Shown one piece after another: positions 1 to 10,116 of a stretch of DNA of 64,000 bases. Made by a program: the position numbers and the translations under genes. Numbering within the stretch: position 1 is the first letter of the stretch; each line of letters starts with the position of its first letter. Source of the DNA: an uncultured Marinicella sp. (GTDB lineage Bacteria; Pseudomonadota; Gammaproteobacteria; Xanthomonadales; Marinicellaceae); contig CANNAM010000008.1 of NCBI GenBank assembly GCA_947502595.1, positions 37,473 through 101,472 of the forward strand. Direction: 5' to 3'. Under the pieces are notes generated by a model. It was not told the origin of the DNA, ran no database searches, and saw only the letters and a program-made list of their open reading frames with translations.

Positions 1-1
1 A

Positions 2-664
2 ATCAGCGGCTCCACTGCGTCTGATTGGGTGGTGCCAACAGAGCTACAAAAAATAACCGATGCATTAAGCGCCAACCCAAGCATAGATACTGTACAGCTG
101 ACCTTGGGTGGCAACGACTTTTTAGATCAATGGAATATTGGCTTAACACCGATGGCAGTGACTGCCATTAAAAACCAAATTATTATAGATTTGCAAATTG
201 TGGTGGACCACATATTGGCGCAAAATATTAACCTGGAAATTATACTGAGCTTTTATGACTACCCTAATTTCCTAGATACTACAGGTGGGTTTACGGGTTT
301 TATTTGTGCCGGTTTGCATGATGATATGGGTAATCCAACGCCGTTAGAACTCAACCAAGCAGCCGTAGAATTTGAAGCGGCTTTTGCATCGGTGGCCACC
401 CTCAATCCTAAGGTGTTTTATGTCAGTCAATTTGGGTTGATGCAAAACTATTTTGGTTTTCCTGATGACAGCATCTCACCTGGAGACATTCCATTACCCG
501 GTGATTTGACTTTACCCAGTCCAGTTGAAGCCATGCGATTGACCATTGGGATTACCGACTGCTTTCATTTGGGTGCGGAAGGTTATGATGTGCTCGTACA
601 AAATACCTATGACCAATATTTTAAGTACCGTTTTGACACCATTTTTAAATCACTTTTTGAGTAA
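2..664 (+). CDS. SGNH/GDSL-family hydrolase, 5' end cut by the window edge
   Basis: The frame is open back to base 2. It has SGNH block III (GGNDF) and block V (DCFH, DxxH). It ends ...DTIFKSLFE-stop and has a 15-nt convergent overlap with ispF. Confidence 0.6.
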   Translation: MSGSTASDWVVPTELQKITDALSANPSIDTVQLTLGGNDFLDQWNIGLTPMAVTAIKNQIIIDLQIVVDHILAQNINLEIILSFYDYPNFLDTTGGFTGFICAGLHDDMGNPTPLELNQAAVEFEAAFASVATLNPKVFYVSQFGLMQNYFGFPDDSISPGDIPLPGDLTLPSPVEAMRLTIGITDCFHLGAEGYDVLVQNTYDQYFKYRFDTIFKSLFE

Positions 665-1135
665 CAAACATGTCGTTTGAGCAGCCATGCCTTCACCGCG
701 GCCGGTGAAGCCTAATTGTTCTGTGGTGGTGGCTTTGACGCTGATTTGATGCAGTTCAAGGTGCAGAATTTCTGCCAATCTTGTGCGGATTGACAGTACG
801 TGTGGATTGATTTTTGGTTGTTCAGCTATCAGCGTGCAATCGAGGTTAGCTATTTGATAACCTTGTTCGACAATCAATTGTTGACAGTGTTTTAGAAACA
901 CCACGCTGTCACAGTTTTTCCATTGGGCGTCAGAGGGGGGAAAGTGTTGGCCAATGTCACCCAATGCACAGGCACCAAGCAAGGCATCACAGATGGCATG
1001 AATCAATACGTCACCATCGGAGTGAGCCACAAACCCATGCTGGTAGGGGATTTGAACATTACCTATTGTCAGGTGGTTGCCAGCACCATAAGCATGCACA
1101 TCAAAACCACTGCCTACCCTTATGTCATTAATCAT
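650..1135 (-). CDS. ispF: 2-C-methyl-D-erythritol 2,4-cyclodiphosphate synthase
   Basis: 161 aa. GFDVHA...HSDGDVLIHAICDALLGA...TTTEQLGFTGRGEG is colinear with E. coli IspF. Overlaps the ispD stop. Confidence 0.95.
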   Translation of the reverse strand: MINDIRVGSGFDVHAYGAGNHLTIGNVQIPYQHGFVAHSDGDVLIHAICDALLGACALGDIGQHFPPSDAQWKNCDSVVFLKHCQQLIVEQGYQIANLDCTLIAEQPKINPHVLSIRTRLAEILHLELHQISVKATTTEQLGFTGRGEGMAAQTTCLLLKK

Positions 1136-1856
1136 CTAACCTCCCTTGTTGTTTTAATATGGCAGCTGCAATGGGTAAATCTTCAGCTGCAGTGATTTTT
1201 ATGTTGGTGTTTTTGCCGACAACCATAATCGGCTGTTGCCCTTGTGCTTCAAGTGCAGATGATTCGTCGGTGATGCTACCTGCTTCAAATAAGGTCAATG
1301 CTTTCAACAAGTCCCCGCAGCGGAACATTTGTGGGGTCAATGCTGCATACAGTAAGTTGCGATCTAAGGTTTTATTGACTTTGTTGCCATCTTTTGAAAA
1401 TTTAACGGTGTCGCTGATTGGCTTAACCAGCAAACCACCTTGTTGTTGCTGGGTACAGGCAGAAATTAGGCTGTGTATTTCTTCATGGCTGACACATGGT
1501 CGTGCTGCATCATGCACCAAAACCCAATCTTGCGCATTGGCATGTAGTGATTTTATGCCATTGCGCACCGAGTCGTGGCGTTGGTCTCCGCCGATAGCAG
1601 TGTGAATGGAGTGTTTGGATTTGATGTCAGCATGTAAATGCCAATGTTGGTCATCTGGATGCAGTACCACTGTAATGCTGCTTATGTCTACTTCATCAAA
1701 AGCACTGATGCTGTGTGCCAGTACGGAACTGCTGCCAACTCTTTGGTACTGTTTTGGGGTATTTTCTGCTGTTGTATTGCTGATTGAGAACCGCCTGCCA
1801 AGACCTGCTGCAACCACAATGACATGAATATTAGTTGCGGATGTGAGGGTGTTCAT
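1128..1856 (-). CDS. ispD: 2-C-methyl-D-erythritol 4-phosphate cytidylyltransferase
   Basis: 242 aa. Has [31 protein letters not shown] and ITDESSALE, as in IspD. Sits in ftsB-ispD-ispF order. Confidence 0.95.
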   Translation of the reverse strand: MNTLTSATNIHVIVVAAGLGRRFSISNTTAENTPKQYQRVGSSSVLAHSISAFDEVDISSITVVLHPDDQHWHLHADIKSKHSIHTAIGGDQRHDSVRNGIKSLHANAQDWVLVHDAARPCVSHEEIHSLISACTQQQQGGLLVKPISDTVKFSKDGNKVNKTLDRNLLYAALTPQMFRCGDLLKALTLFEAGSITDESSALEAQGQQPIMVVGKNTNIKITAAEDLPIAAAILKQQGRLDD

Positions 1857-2140
1857 TTTTGGTTTTCGGGTTGGTTAATGACTTGTATAAAAGTTTCGCC
1901 TTCTTTAATCATTCCCAGTTCAGCCCGCGCCCGTTCTTCGATGGCATCCAGACCTGTTTTTAAACTGCTGACTTCTGCACTCAGCTTTTCATTGCGTTGT
2001 TTGAGTACTTCAATTTCCGCTTGTTGACTGGCCAGCAGTAATTGCTTCTCCTGGAGTTCTTTGCGCCCGCCATCACCAAACTGTTGTTGGAACAGTGCCC
2101 AAATTATCAAGCTTGCCAATAGGATGTTCAGCCACTTCAA
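1853..2140 (-). CDS. ftsB: Cell division protein FtsB
   Basis: 95 aa with an N-terminal TM helix and a coiled coil ([31 protein letters not shown]). Conserved position upstream of ispD. Confidence 0.9.
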   Translation of the reverse strand: MKWLNILLASLIIWALFQQQFGDGGRKELQEKQLLLASQQAEIEVLKQRNEKLSAEVSSLKTGLDAIEERARAELGMIKEGETFIQVINQPENQK

Positions 2141-2222
2141 GGATTTAATCTCAGTTTAAAAACGGGTTGTATTGTAACATTTTGATGCTAAAGTGGTTAT
2201 AACTAAGTCCACTCAAAAAAAC

Positions 2223-3143
2223 ATGGCAAAAATGATAAAAATAGAAACACTGAGTAAAAATTACGGTCAGTTCACGGCCGCAGATGGCATTGATTTTAAC
2301 GTTAATGCTGGAGAAATATTTGGCTTATTGGGTCCTAACGGTGCAGGTAAGTCTACCACTATTAACTGTATTTCAGGCTTGCTGAAGCCCACCTTAGGTG
2401 AAATTTACATCAATGGGTTTTCGGTGTTAAGTCAAGCTTTGCAAGCCAAGTCATCATTGGGTCTGGTGCCGCAGGATTTGGCTTTGTATGAAGATTTGAG
2501 TGCGTTAGAAAATTTAAATTTTTGGGGTCAAGCCTATGGCCTTACCGGTGAACCCCTGAAGCAGCGCATTCAAACAGTGTTGCAACAAGTGGGCCTAGAC
2601 AGCCGTGCCAAAGACACAGTGAGTACTTATTCAGGAGGCATGAAACGGCGTTTGAATTTTGCTTGTGCGATCTTGCATGAGCCCAAAGCACTGTTGTTGG
2701 ATGAGCCTACTGTTGGGGTTGATCCACAGTCCAGAGAACATTTGTTGGCAGCTGTTGAAGCATTGAAAGCGCAAGGGACGGCGGTATTGTACACCACACA
2801 CTATATGGAGGAGGCTGAACGTTTGTGTGACCGTTTGGCCATCATTGACCATGGTAAAATTATTGCCACAGGTACAGTGGACGAATTACGTAGCCAGATG
2901 GGTGAGAAAGATTTGATTACACTGCAAGGTGAATTCAGTGGTGTAGATAAATCATTAATCGCTGATTATGAGCTGATTGAATGGCAAGATCATAACGTCA
3001 GGTTCATGGCTGAAAACGCAGCGGCACAATTGACCGAGATATTGTCACGATTCAAGCCAGGTCAAGTCAAACAAACGGCTGTACAACAGGCCAATTTAGA
3101 AAGTTTGTTCATCAAGCTGACTGGGCGTGAACTGAGGGATTAA
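2223..3143 (+). CDS. ABC transporter ATP-binding protein
   Basis: Walker A GPNGAGKST, signature YSGGMKRRL, Walker B LLLDEPTVGVD. The ORF opens at 2193; ATG at 2223 or 2232 fits the usual MIKIE..LSK..G N-terminus better. Confidence 0.9.
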   Translation: MAKMIKIETLSKNYGQFTAADGIDFNVNAGEIFGLLGPNGAGKSTTINCISGLLKPTLGEIYINGFSVLSQALQAKSSLGLVPQDLALYEDLSALENLNFWGQAYGLTGEPLKQRIQTVLQQVGLDSRAKDTVSTYSGGMKRRLNFACAILHEPKALLLDEPTVGVDPQSREHLLAAVEALKAQGTAVLYTTHYMEEAERLCDRLAIIDHGKIIATGTVDELRSQMGEKDLITLQGEFSGVDKSLIADYELIEWQDHNVRFMAENAAAQLTEILSRFKPGQVKQTAVQQANLESLFIKLTGRELRD

Positions 3144-3146
3144 TCA

Positions 3147-4403
3147 ATGAAAATTTTGGGTATGCCAATCACCGTTGCTGGCTTAAGAATTAAGCGGGTG
3201 TTGCGAGAAAAGTGGGGCTTGATTTCATGGCTCGCTATCCCTGTAATCATTGTGTTTTTGATGAGTTTATTGGCTGGTACAGGCAGTGGCAAATTAACAG
3301 GTAAGTTGTTGATTACCGACCAAGATGATTCGACTGTTTCACGGTTCTTGGCTGGTGGATTTAACCAAGGCCCGTTGGCTGAAATTTTTACTTTAAAAGC
3401 CGTGTCATCTGCAGAGGGTCAAGCTTTGATGGATGCCGGCGAGGCCAGTGCTTGGATTACCATAGAAGCTGGCTTTGGTGATGCCTTTTTGGACAATCAG
3501 CCTACCCAATTGAAATTGGTTAAGAATCCAGCTCAAAGCATCCTGCCTCCGATGGTGGAGACCTCGATGAAGTTGCTGGTGGATGCAGCAACTTATATAC
3601 AAATTGTGTTTGCCAAAGAGTTGGCGGTGTTGAAACCGATGTTAAAGGAACGCAAGTTCAATGACGCTGACTTGGTGGTACTGACCTTGGGTATAAAACA
3701 GCAAATTGAACGACTTGAGGCCACCATCCTGCCCCCACAGTTGGAGTTAATTAAACACCAGGTGGCTGAAGCCAAATCTGCCGCTGAACAGCCTGATATC
3801 ACCTTTGGACTTATTATGTTTCCTGGGGCTATTTTTATGGCACTGATTTTTTCTGCCAATTCATTGGCTGTTTTGATTTGGGATGATGCCCAAAATGGCA
3901 TCATCCCAAGGTTGTCGTCGACACCTTCTGCGCTGGGGGCTTATTTCAATGGTCAAGTGATTGGTGCCACCTCGGTATTTACCCTGATTGCCTTGTTGTT
4001 GGGAGTTTTGGGCGGCTGGTATTTTTCTATACCCTGGTCAAAATTACCCTTGATGATGGTTTGGTTGGTGTTTTCAGGCTTGGTAATTTACCAATTGTTT
4101 GTCGCCTTGGCGATGGTCATGCCTTCAGCCAAAGTGGCCAATGTGGTGGTCAACGCCACTACTTTTCCATTGTTGATGGTGGGCGGTAGTTTCTTTCCAA
4201 TGGAAACCATGCCAGATTGGTTGGCTGCAATCGGACAGTATTTACCCAATGGGTTTTTACTGAAAGGCTTAAAGGACTGGCTGGTACGTGACGATGCAAT
4301 CTTTGTAGCCATGGGGTTACCGCTGCTGCTGGGGTTGGCAATGTTGGTGGTTTTTTGGATGCTCAATCGGTATTTGGTTAAACAATTGATACATAAAGTA
4401 TAA
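3147..4403 (+). CDS. ABC-2 family transporter permease
   Basis: 418 aa. N-terminal TM, a large extracytoplasmic loop, then a cluster of 5 TM helices. Starts 4 nt after the ATPase gene. Confidence 0.8.
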   Translation: MKILGMPITVAGLRIKRVLREKWGLISWLAIPVIIVFLMSLLAGTGSGKLTGKLLITDQDDSTVSRFLAGGFNQGPLAEIFTLKAVSSAEGQALMDAGEASAWITIEAGFGDAFLDNQPTQLKLVKNPAQSILPPMVETSMKLLVDAATYIQIVFAKELAVLKPMLKERKFNDADLVVLTLGIKQQIERLEATILPPQLELIKHQVAEAKSAAEQPDITFGLIMFPGAIFMALIFSANSLAVLIWDDAQNGIIPRLSSTPSALGAYFNGQVIGATSVFTLIALLLGVLGGWYFSIPWSKLPLMMVWLVFSGLVIYQLFVALAMVMPSAKVANVVVNATTFPLLMVGGSFFPMETMPDWLAAIGQYLPNGFLLKGLKDWLVRDDAIFVAMGLPLLLGLAMLVVFWMLNRYLVKQLIHKV

Positions 4404-4413
4404 AGGTATAATA

Positions 4414-5583
4414 ATGAAGAAAATATGGTTCATAGCTTATAAAGATTTCATCTATACCTTGAAGGATAAAATTGTGTTGATGTGGATGTTTATTATGCCT
4501 TTGGTGTTTTTTGCCTTCATCGGTAGCACCACGCAAGGATTTGGTGGCAGTTCCAATGAAGTGAGCAGTTTGGCTGTTTGGTATGAGGGCGAACAACAGG
4601 ATCCAGTCTTTACTCAGATTAAATACCGTCTAGAAGCTGAGAATTATGCCTTACGTATATTTAATGCCGATCAGTTGCTGTATAAAGATAAGTGGTCCTT
4701 TGATGATTATGCGCGGCAATTGTGGGTGCCCAATGATTTACAGGCCCAAATGGCAGCAGGTCAGCCTTTGGAACTGAGTTACTTAATAGATGACGAAGGT
4801 ATGGGTGCTGAGTTTCATCAGTATAAATTGTACAAAGCCATTTACCAGATTCTGGGTGATTTATTGATACTGAAAACCAATTACGGCAAAGACTGGCAAC
4901 AATTGGACTTTGCTAAAGTCAATGAAATCCCCAGAATGATTGAGTTGGATGTGACATCTGCAGGAAAGTTACAGCTGATTCCCTCTGGTTATAAACAAGC
5001 AGTACCAGGTATTTTGGTTATGTTTATCATGATGATTGCCCTGACCAGTGGTTCACTTGCGTTGTTTCTTGAGCGCAAGACAGGCGTGCTGAAACGCTTG
5101 TCTGCTGCGCCCATCAGTCGGCGTCAGCTGATTCTTGGCAAGTGGTTGGGTAAATGGATGTTGGCCACTTGTCAGCTGATTTATGGCATGCTGGCTGGTG
5201 CGTTGTTGTTCAGTATTCACTGGGGTGAGCATTGGTTGATGGTGTTTATTATATTGCTCAGCTGGGCCGCAGCCTGTGCCGGATTTGCTGTTATGATGGG
5301 TTCTATGGCGAAGAACGAGGGCCAGGTCAATGGCATACCTTTGATTGCTTCCTTGTTATTGGCAGCCTTAGGTGGTTGTTGGTGGCCTATTGAGGTGACG
5401 CCAGAGTGGATGCAAACACTGGCCATGTTTTTACCGACAGGTTGGGTGATGGACGCATTGCATGAATTGATGTATTTTGGTGGCGGTTTGGCTGATGTGG
5501 TTAACCACCAACTTGCATTGTATACTTTGGCATTGGTGGCTTTGTACTTTGCGTTCACAAAATTTAACCATGAAGTAAAATAA
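4414..5583 (+). CDS. ABC-2 family transporter permease, second subunit
   Basis: 389 aa with the same TM1-loop-5TM layout as the preceding gene. 10-nt gap. Confidence 0.8.
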   Translation: MKKIWFIAYKDFIYTLKDKIVLMWMFIMPLVFFAFIGSTTQGFGGSSNEVSSLAVWYEGEQQDPVFTQIKYRLEAENYALRIFNADQLLYKDKWSFDDYARQLWVPNDLQAQMAAGQPLELSYLIDDEGMGAEFHQYKLYKAIYQILGDLLILKTNYGKDWQQLDFAKVNEIPRMIELDVTSAGKLQLIPSGYKQAVPGILVMFIMMIALTSGSLALFLERKTGVLKRLSAAPISRRQLILGKWLGKWMLATCQLIYGMLAGALLFSIHWGEHWLMVFIILLSWAAACAGFAVMMGSMAKNEGQVNGIPLIASLLLAALGGCWWPIEVTPEWMQTLAMFLPTGWVMDALHELMYFGGGLADVVNHQLALYTLALVALYFAFTKFNHEVK

Positions 5584-5639
5584 AAATGACCTGTTTTTTG
5601 CTATACTCAGTGGCATTTACAGTTTGAGGATGTTCAATT

Positions 5640-6506
5640 ATGCGTTGGAAAGGTCAAAGAAAAAGTACCCGCGTCGATGACCGTCGTGGCAGAGGTGGGG
5701 TGGTTAAAGGCGGTGCAAAATTATCCGGTGGCATGATAGTCATTGCGTTGATATATGCAGTAGTTACCGGACAAAATCCATTGACATTGTTGGGCGGAAT
5801 GATGCAACAAGGTGGTGGAAACAGCCAACAACAAGTACAAATTCCCAAACAACAATCAGCCGCAGAACAGCAGAGTGCTGAATTCTCATCAGTGATATTT
5901 GCTTCGACTGAAGACATCTGGAAGCAAATTTTCAGTCGTTCCGGACAGCCTTACGAGCCACCTTCTATGGTGTTATTTGACGGTCAAGTGCAATCACGTT
6001 GTGGCATAAATTCTGAAGCAGTGGGGCCATTTTATTGTCCTGGTGACAGCAAAGTGTATTTGTCTCTGGGGTTTTTTAAACAGTTAGAACGCATGGGTGC
6101 ATCAGGTGACTTTGCTCGGGCTTATGTGATTGGTCATGAAGTGGGGCATCACATTCAGAATGTAACCGGCACTGAGCGCCAAGTCAGGCAGTGGCAGCAA
6201 CAAGCCAAATCCAAAGCAGAAGTCAACCAGTTGTCTGTAATGATGGAATTACAAGCCGATTGTTTGGCCGGTGTTTGGGCGCACCATGCCAACAAACAAC
6301 AAAATATGCTGGAACCTGGTGATGTTGAGGAAGGCTTACAGGCTGCGGCATCGATTGGTGATGACACCATCCAGCAAAGGGCAGGTCGAAAGGTTAATGT
6401 TGAAGGTTTTACGCATGGCACCTCTGCACAACGGGTTAAGTGGCTTAAAAGAGGCTTGCAAACTGGTAATTATGACTCGTGCAATACATTTTCAGAGGGT
6501 ACATAA
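5640..6506 (+). CDS. ypfJ: Putative neutral zinc metallopeptidase, YpfJ family
   Basis: N-terminus MRWKGQRKSTRVDDRRG, one TM helix, HEVGHH zinc motif and FTHGTSAQR are typical of YpfJ-like proteins. Confidence 0.8.
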   Translation: MRWKGQRKSTRVDDRRGRGGVVKGGAKLSGGMIVIALIYAVVTGQNPLTLLGGMMQQGGGNSQQQVQIPKQQSAAEQQSAEFSSVIFASTEDIWKQIFSRSGQPYEPPSMVLFDGQVQSRCGINSEAVGPFYCPGDSKVYLSLGFFKQLERMGASGDFARAYVIGHEVGHHIQNVTGTERQVRQWQQQAKSKAEVNQLSVMMELQADCLAGVWAHHANKQQNMLEPGDVEEGLQAAASIGDDTIQQRAGRKVNVEGFTHGTSAQRVKWLKRGLQTGNYDSCNTFSEGT

Positions 6507-6532
6507 TTAATTTTTTACAATGCTGTGAAAAA

Positions 6533-6558
6533 GGCCATCAAATGGATGGCCTTTTTTA
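6533..6558. terminator. Bidirectional rho-independent terminator between convergent genes
   Basis: GGCCATC-aaat-GATGGCC hairpin, flanked by an A-run upstream and TTTTTTATT downstream. Confidence 0.75.
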
Positions 6559-6619
6559 TTGCTGTTAATTTTGCAGATTGAACCACAATTCACAGTGTTT
6601 CAAGGACAATTGATTTACA

Positions 6620-7381
6620 TTATTTCTTCACTTTTTTGAATTTCAAGGTAAAACGATCGGTGTTTCCAGTGACTGATTTTCTGCCTACTTCATAGCGCAA
6701 CTCATCATCAGGGCGGTAATGCAAGTCTGCAAAATCAACCAATTCAAACCCTGCAGCTTGAATTTCTGCAATCGCTTTAACTGGGTCAAAACGCCTGCGG
6801 TTTTCATTGTTGTCACCTTCCATATGACGTCTGCTGTGATCAACCACACCATAAATACCGCCTAATTTAAGCGCATCCCATACCGCATCATTTAAGGCCA
6901 TTCGACCGTCTTTGGCAAAGTTGTGGTAATTTCTAAATGTCAGGACCATGTCGGCATCTTTAACACCCAAGTCGGCATTTTCAAGGGAGTAAAAACGCGC
7001 CCCTTCTTTGCGGTATAAGTTAGAAGCTTCAGCACCCACTTTAACAGCAGATAATGCTTCGTGGTCTTTGCTCATGGACTCTACTCGAGCAGAGCCGATG
7101 GCAACTGTCAGCTCACCATGTTCTTTTAATACCGGTGCCAATATTTTGGAGTACCAACCACCGCCAGGCATCAACTCAATCACTTTCATGTCATGTTCTA
7201 AACCGAAGAATTTCAGTGTTTCAGCGGGCATGCGGTTGCGATCTCGGTCTGTATCAGCTGCTGTTCGAAGTTCAGATTTCATCGCTGCTTTGATCTGCTC
7301 AACAGTGGTTGTTTGGTGGTTATCTGCCAGTGCAGAAAAGGCGAAGCCAGTAATCAATGTGGCCGTCAGTAATTTTTTCAT
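6620..7381 (-). CDS. Class I SAM-dependent methyltransferase-like protein with an N-terminal signal peptide
   Basis: 253 aa. Signal-like MKKLLTATLITGFAFSALA. Glycine-rich motif I-like VIELMPGGGWYS. Confidence 0.6.
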   Translation of the reverse strand: MKKLLTATLITGFAFSALADNHQTTTVEQIKAAMKSELRTAADTDRDRNRMPAETLKFFGLEHDMKVIELMPGGGWYSKILAPVLKEHGELTVAIGSARVESMSKDHEALSAVKVGAEASNLYRKEGARFYSLENADLGVKDADMVLTFRNYHNFAKDGRMALNDAVWDALKLGGIYGVVDHSRRHMEGDNNENRRRFDPVKAIAEIQAAGFELVDFADLHYRPDDELRYEVGRKSVTGNTDRFTLKFKKVKK

Positions 7382-7457
7382 GATTTCTCCATAGGTTAAT
7401 ATCCCATGATTTTATCATTACTTGGTGTATCAGGCGTGAAAACTGAGGTTAAAAATA

Positions 7458-7760
7458 TCAGTCATCTGCACTGAAAGTATCGGGTCCTTTGCCAGCAGTT
7501 TTTTCGTATTGGCCTTTACCTACTTTGCGGTATTGTGTGAAATCATTTTTTGCAATGTTCTTTTCGCTCAAGGTAGAGCTGGATGAACCGGTGGTCTTAC
7601 TTTGTAGGTTTACGGCGGTGATGATTTTTTTGATTGGACTGCCGCAGTAGCTGCAATGCTCAAGTAGAGGCTCGCTGAGTTTTTGCATCACATCAAAGCC
7701 GCCCAGACAATAAGTGCAATGGCGATCGGCATATTTATTTTCGTAAGTATACAGTGGCAT
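7458..7760 (-). CDS. FmdB-family zinc-ribbon protein
   Basis: MPLYTYE..C..C plus CSYCGSPIKK (CxxC...CxxC), followed by a low-complexity tail. Confidence 0.75.
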   Translation of the reverse strand: MPLYTYENKYADRHCTYCLGGFDVMQKLSEPLLEHCSYCGSPIKKIITAVNLQSKTTGSSSSTLSEKNIAKNDFTQYRKVGKGQYEKTAGKGPDTFSADD

Positions 7761-7785
7761 ATTAAATTATCAGTAATATCACAGG

Positions 7786-7823
7786 CAAAAAAAAGCACCT
7801 ATTCAAACAATTGAATTGGTGCT
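7786..7823 (-). terminator. Rho-independent terminator after the long POT transporter gene
   Basis: On the minus strand, an AGCACCAATTCAA/TTGAATAGGTGCT hairpin (one mismatch) is followed by a T8 run. Confidence 0.7.
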
Positions 7824-7845
7824 TTAATGGTTAAATTACAAGGTG

Positions 7846-10086
7846 TTAATGAACGCCTTTCATGCCTTTTTTCAGAAATGGAGTCAAAATCAGCAGGAAC
7901 AAGCCAAAACCAACGCCCAAATAAATCAAGGTCATCCACAGTTCATTGTATTTATCTAATTGCTGAGTAACTGTTAAAGTGTTCAGCTCCTCGGTATCAA
8001 GGGCTGCAATCTTAGCCAACAGTGCGGCAACCACTTCAGACAATGCGGTGGCTAGAAACCAAACGCCCATCACCATGCTGACAACACTTTTGATTGACAG
8101 TTTGGTTACTGCGGACAAGCCTACTGGAGATAAACTCAATTCAGCAGTGGTATGAATCAGATAAGCCAGTGCCAACCAAAGCCAAGCAACTTTACCAGAT
8201 TCACCTGGGAACATGGCACCAAGAATCAATGCACCAAAGCCCAAGCCAACTTGAATTAAACCCAAGCTGAATTTAACTGGTGTTGAGGGGTCAAGGTTTG
8301 ATTTGCCAAGTTTAATCCACAAGGCGGCAAACACAGGGGCCAGGGTGAATATGAACAGCGCATTGAGAGAACCAAATTGGCCCGCTGTAGGTTCATAAAC
8401 CAAAGGCTTCATCACGCCTTCAGCTAATGAGCCAAATTGTGAAACACCATAATAAATAATATAAGCACCCAGCATCAGCAGGGTCACCGCCAAGATGCTT
8501 AAACTGGCTGCGGTGGCATTGGAGTCGGTTGCTGTAACTACATTACTCTTGTCCTTGCCAAAGAAAAAACCAATCAGCGTGAAAGCCACCGAAATGGCAA
8601 CAATAACAGACACCAGCAACAAGATGAACACACCCACATAAGATAAGTGGCTGATCCATTCCATGCCACTGTTATACGCTTGAACTCCAACAGCCAAGGC
8701 TGCACCCAGACCCAACACAATGCCAGCAGGTAGCAAAGTTGTTTTGATGGTGCCATTGTGTAGTTTTCGGTGTTTATTGGCGGTCATAAAGCCCCATAAA
8801 GACAATACAATCATAACCCCGCCAATCAGATAAAAACGCCACATATCGGCAGCGCCTAAGGAACTGTTGATGATTTTACGGTCAACCACCCGATCTGCGA
8901 ACAAGGTCATGGAACCGGCAGATTGTTCAAACAATGCCCAAAACACGATGGTCGATGTGATCAGAATGATTAACACCACCATTCTTGAATATTCATCATG
9001 TTTGGTGGTCATAAATCCATAGATGATAAAGCCAGTAACAGCGCCTAATAGTATCCATGCCAATGGAATCATGTATTCAGCCATAGAGTTGAATAGGCTG
9101 ACACTGCCAAAGATAGAGTCAGGAAAATGATCGGTGGTTACACTGATCATGGTGACTAAACCCAGAGCAATCAGAATGGTGGCAAAAATTTTGGCTAATT
9201 TTTTGTCATGGTCATCATTTTTATAAAACATAGAGTAAAAAATCAAACCAACAAATGAAGCCACTAAAAATATATTTTGGGTAAAAAACACCACAGCTAT
9301 TTTTTGTACCAACAACCAAACCACGGCCAACGACAAGAAGGAGATGATGTAGATGCCCCATTCTTTATTAATTGGACCTATGAATGATTGCTTCAATAAC
9401 TCAGGGTCTTTTGCTTCTGCATGTCCGTACAAGTATTTTTGACCCCAGATGAAGGTCACCAGACCGATCAACATGCCCAAGCCTGCTGCACCAAAACCAT
9501 AGCTCCAACCGTAAGTCTCACCCAGCCAAGCACAAATAATGGTGGCTACGAACGAGCCGATATTAATACCTTGATAAAAAATAGTGAAACCTGAGTCTCG
9601 GCGAGGGTCATTGTCTGGGTACAACTTGCCAACAATGGTTGAAATATTGGGTTTTAGGAAGCCCACACCCACCACAATCAGCGACAGTGCCAGATAGAAC
9701 ACATTGATGGCGCGGGTGTCGCGAATGACTTCTCCGGCCACCATGGTGGCTTGAACGCCCTCAACAGCCATCAATAAATGCCCCAGCACCAATAGCACAC
9801 CGCCAAACAGCACTGCCTTGCGCATACCCAAATAGCGGTCAGCCAACAAGCCGCCTATCAGCGGCAGTGCATAAACCAAACCAGCATATGAGCCAACCAC
9901 ATTGAGGCCGCCCACATCTGAGAATAAGTGGTACTTGGTTAAATACAGCAACAAAAGAAACTTCATCCCGTAGAATGAAAACCGTTCCCACAACTCAGTG
10001 GCAAAGCAAACATATAAACCTTTGGGGTGTCCCCAAAGCAAGTCACCTTGGTCAAAGGCGTTCTTTTGTGCGGTTGCATTACTCAT
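7846..10086 (-). CDS. POT/PTR2-family peptide:proton symporter, unusually long form
   Basis: ELWERFSFYGMKF signature and FYQGINIGSF. 746 aa with extra hydrophobic segments compared with the 516-aa neighbour. Confidence 0.85.
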   Translation of the reverse strand: MSNATAQKNAFDQGDLLWGHPKGLYVCFATELWERFSFYGMKFLLLLYLTKYHLFSDVGGLNVVGSYAGLVYALPLIGGLLADRYLGMRKAVLFGGVLLVLGHLLMAVEGVQATMVAGEVIRDTRAINVFYLALSLIVVGVGFLKPNISTIVGKLYPDNDPRRDSGFTIFYQGINIGSFVATIICAWLGETYGWSYGFGAAGLGMLIGLVTFIWGQKYLYGHAEAKDPELLKQSFIGPINKEWGIYIISFLSLAVVWLLVQKIAVVFFTQNIFLVASFVGLIFYSMFYKNDDHDKKLAKIFATILIALGLVTMISVTTDHFPDSIFGSVSLFNSMAEYMIPLAWILLGAVTGFIIYGFMTTKHDEYSRMVVLIILITSTIVFWALFEQSAGSMTLFADRVVDRKIINSSLGAADMWRFYLIGGVMIVLSLWGFMTANKHRKLHNGTIKTTLLPAGIVLGLGAALAVGVQAYNSGMEWISHLSYVGVFILLLVSVIVAISVAFTLIGFFFGKDKSNVVTATDSNATAASLSILAVTLLMLGAYIIYYGVSQFGSLAEGVMKPLVYEPTAGQFGSLNALFIFTLAPVFAALWIKLGKSNLDPSTPVKFSLGLIQVGLGFGALILGAMFPGESGKVAWLWLALAYLIHTTAELSLSPVGLSAVTKLSIKSVVSMVMGVWFLATALSEVVAALLAKIAALDTEELNTLTVTQQLDKYNELWMTLIYLGVGFGLFLLILTPFLKKGMKGVH

Positions 10087-10116
10087 AAATTATCCTCTTT
10101 TTTTACAGTGGTCTGA

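Noticed and set aside
650-664. The idea that convergent overlaps are specifically linked to the FE-tail genes, for example recent insertions.
   Set aside because: The pth/metX pair overlaps the same way without any FE tail, so overlap appears to be a general feature of this compact genome.
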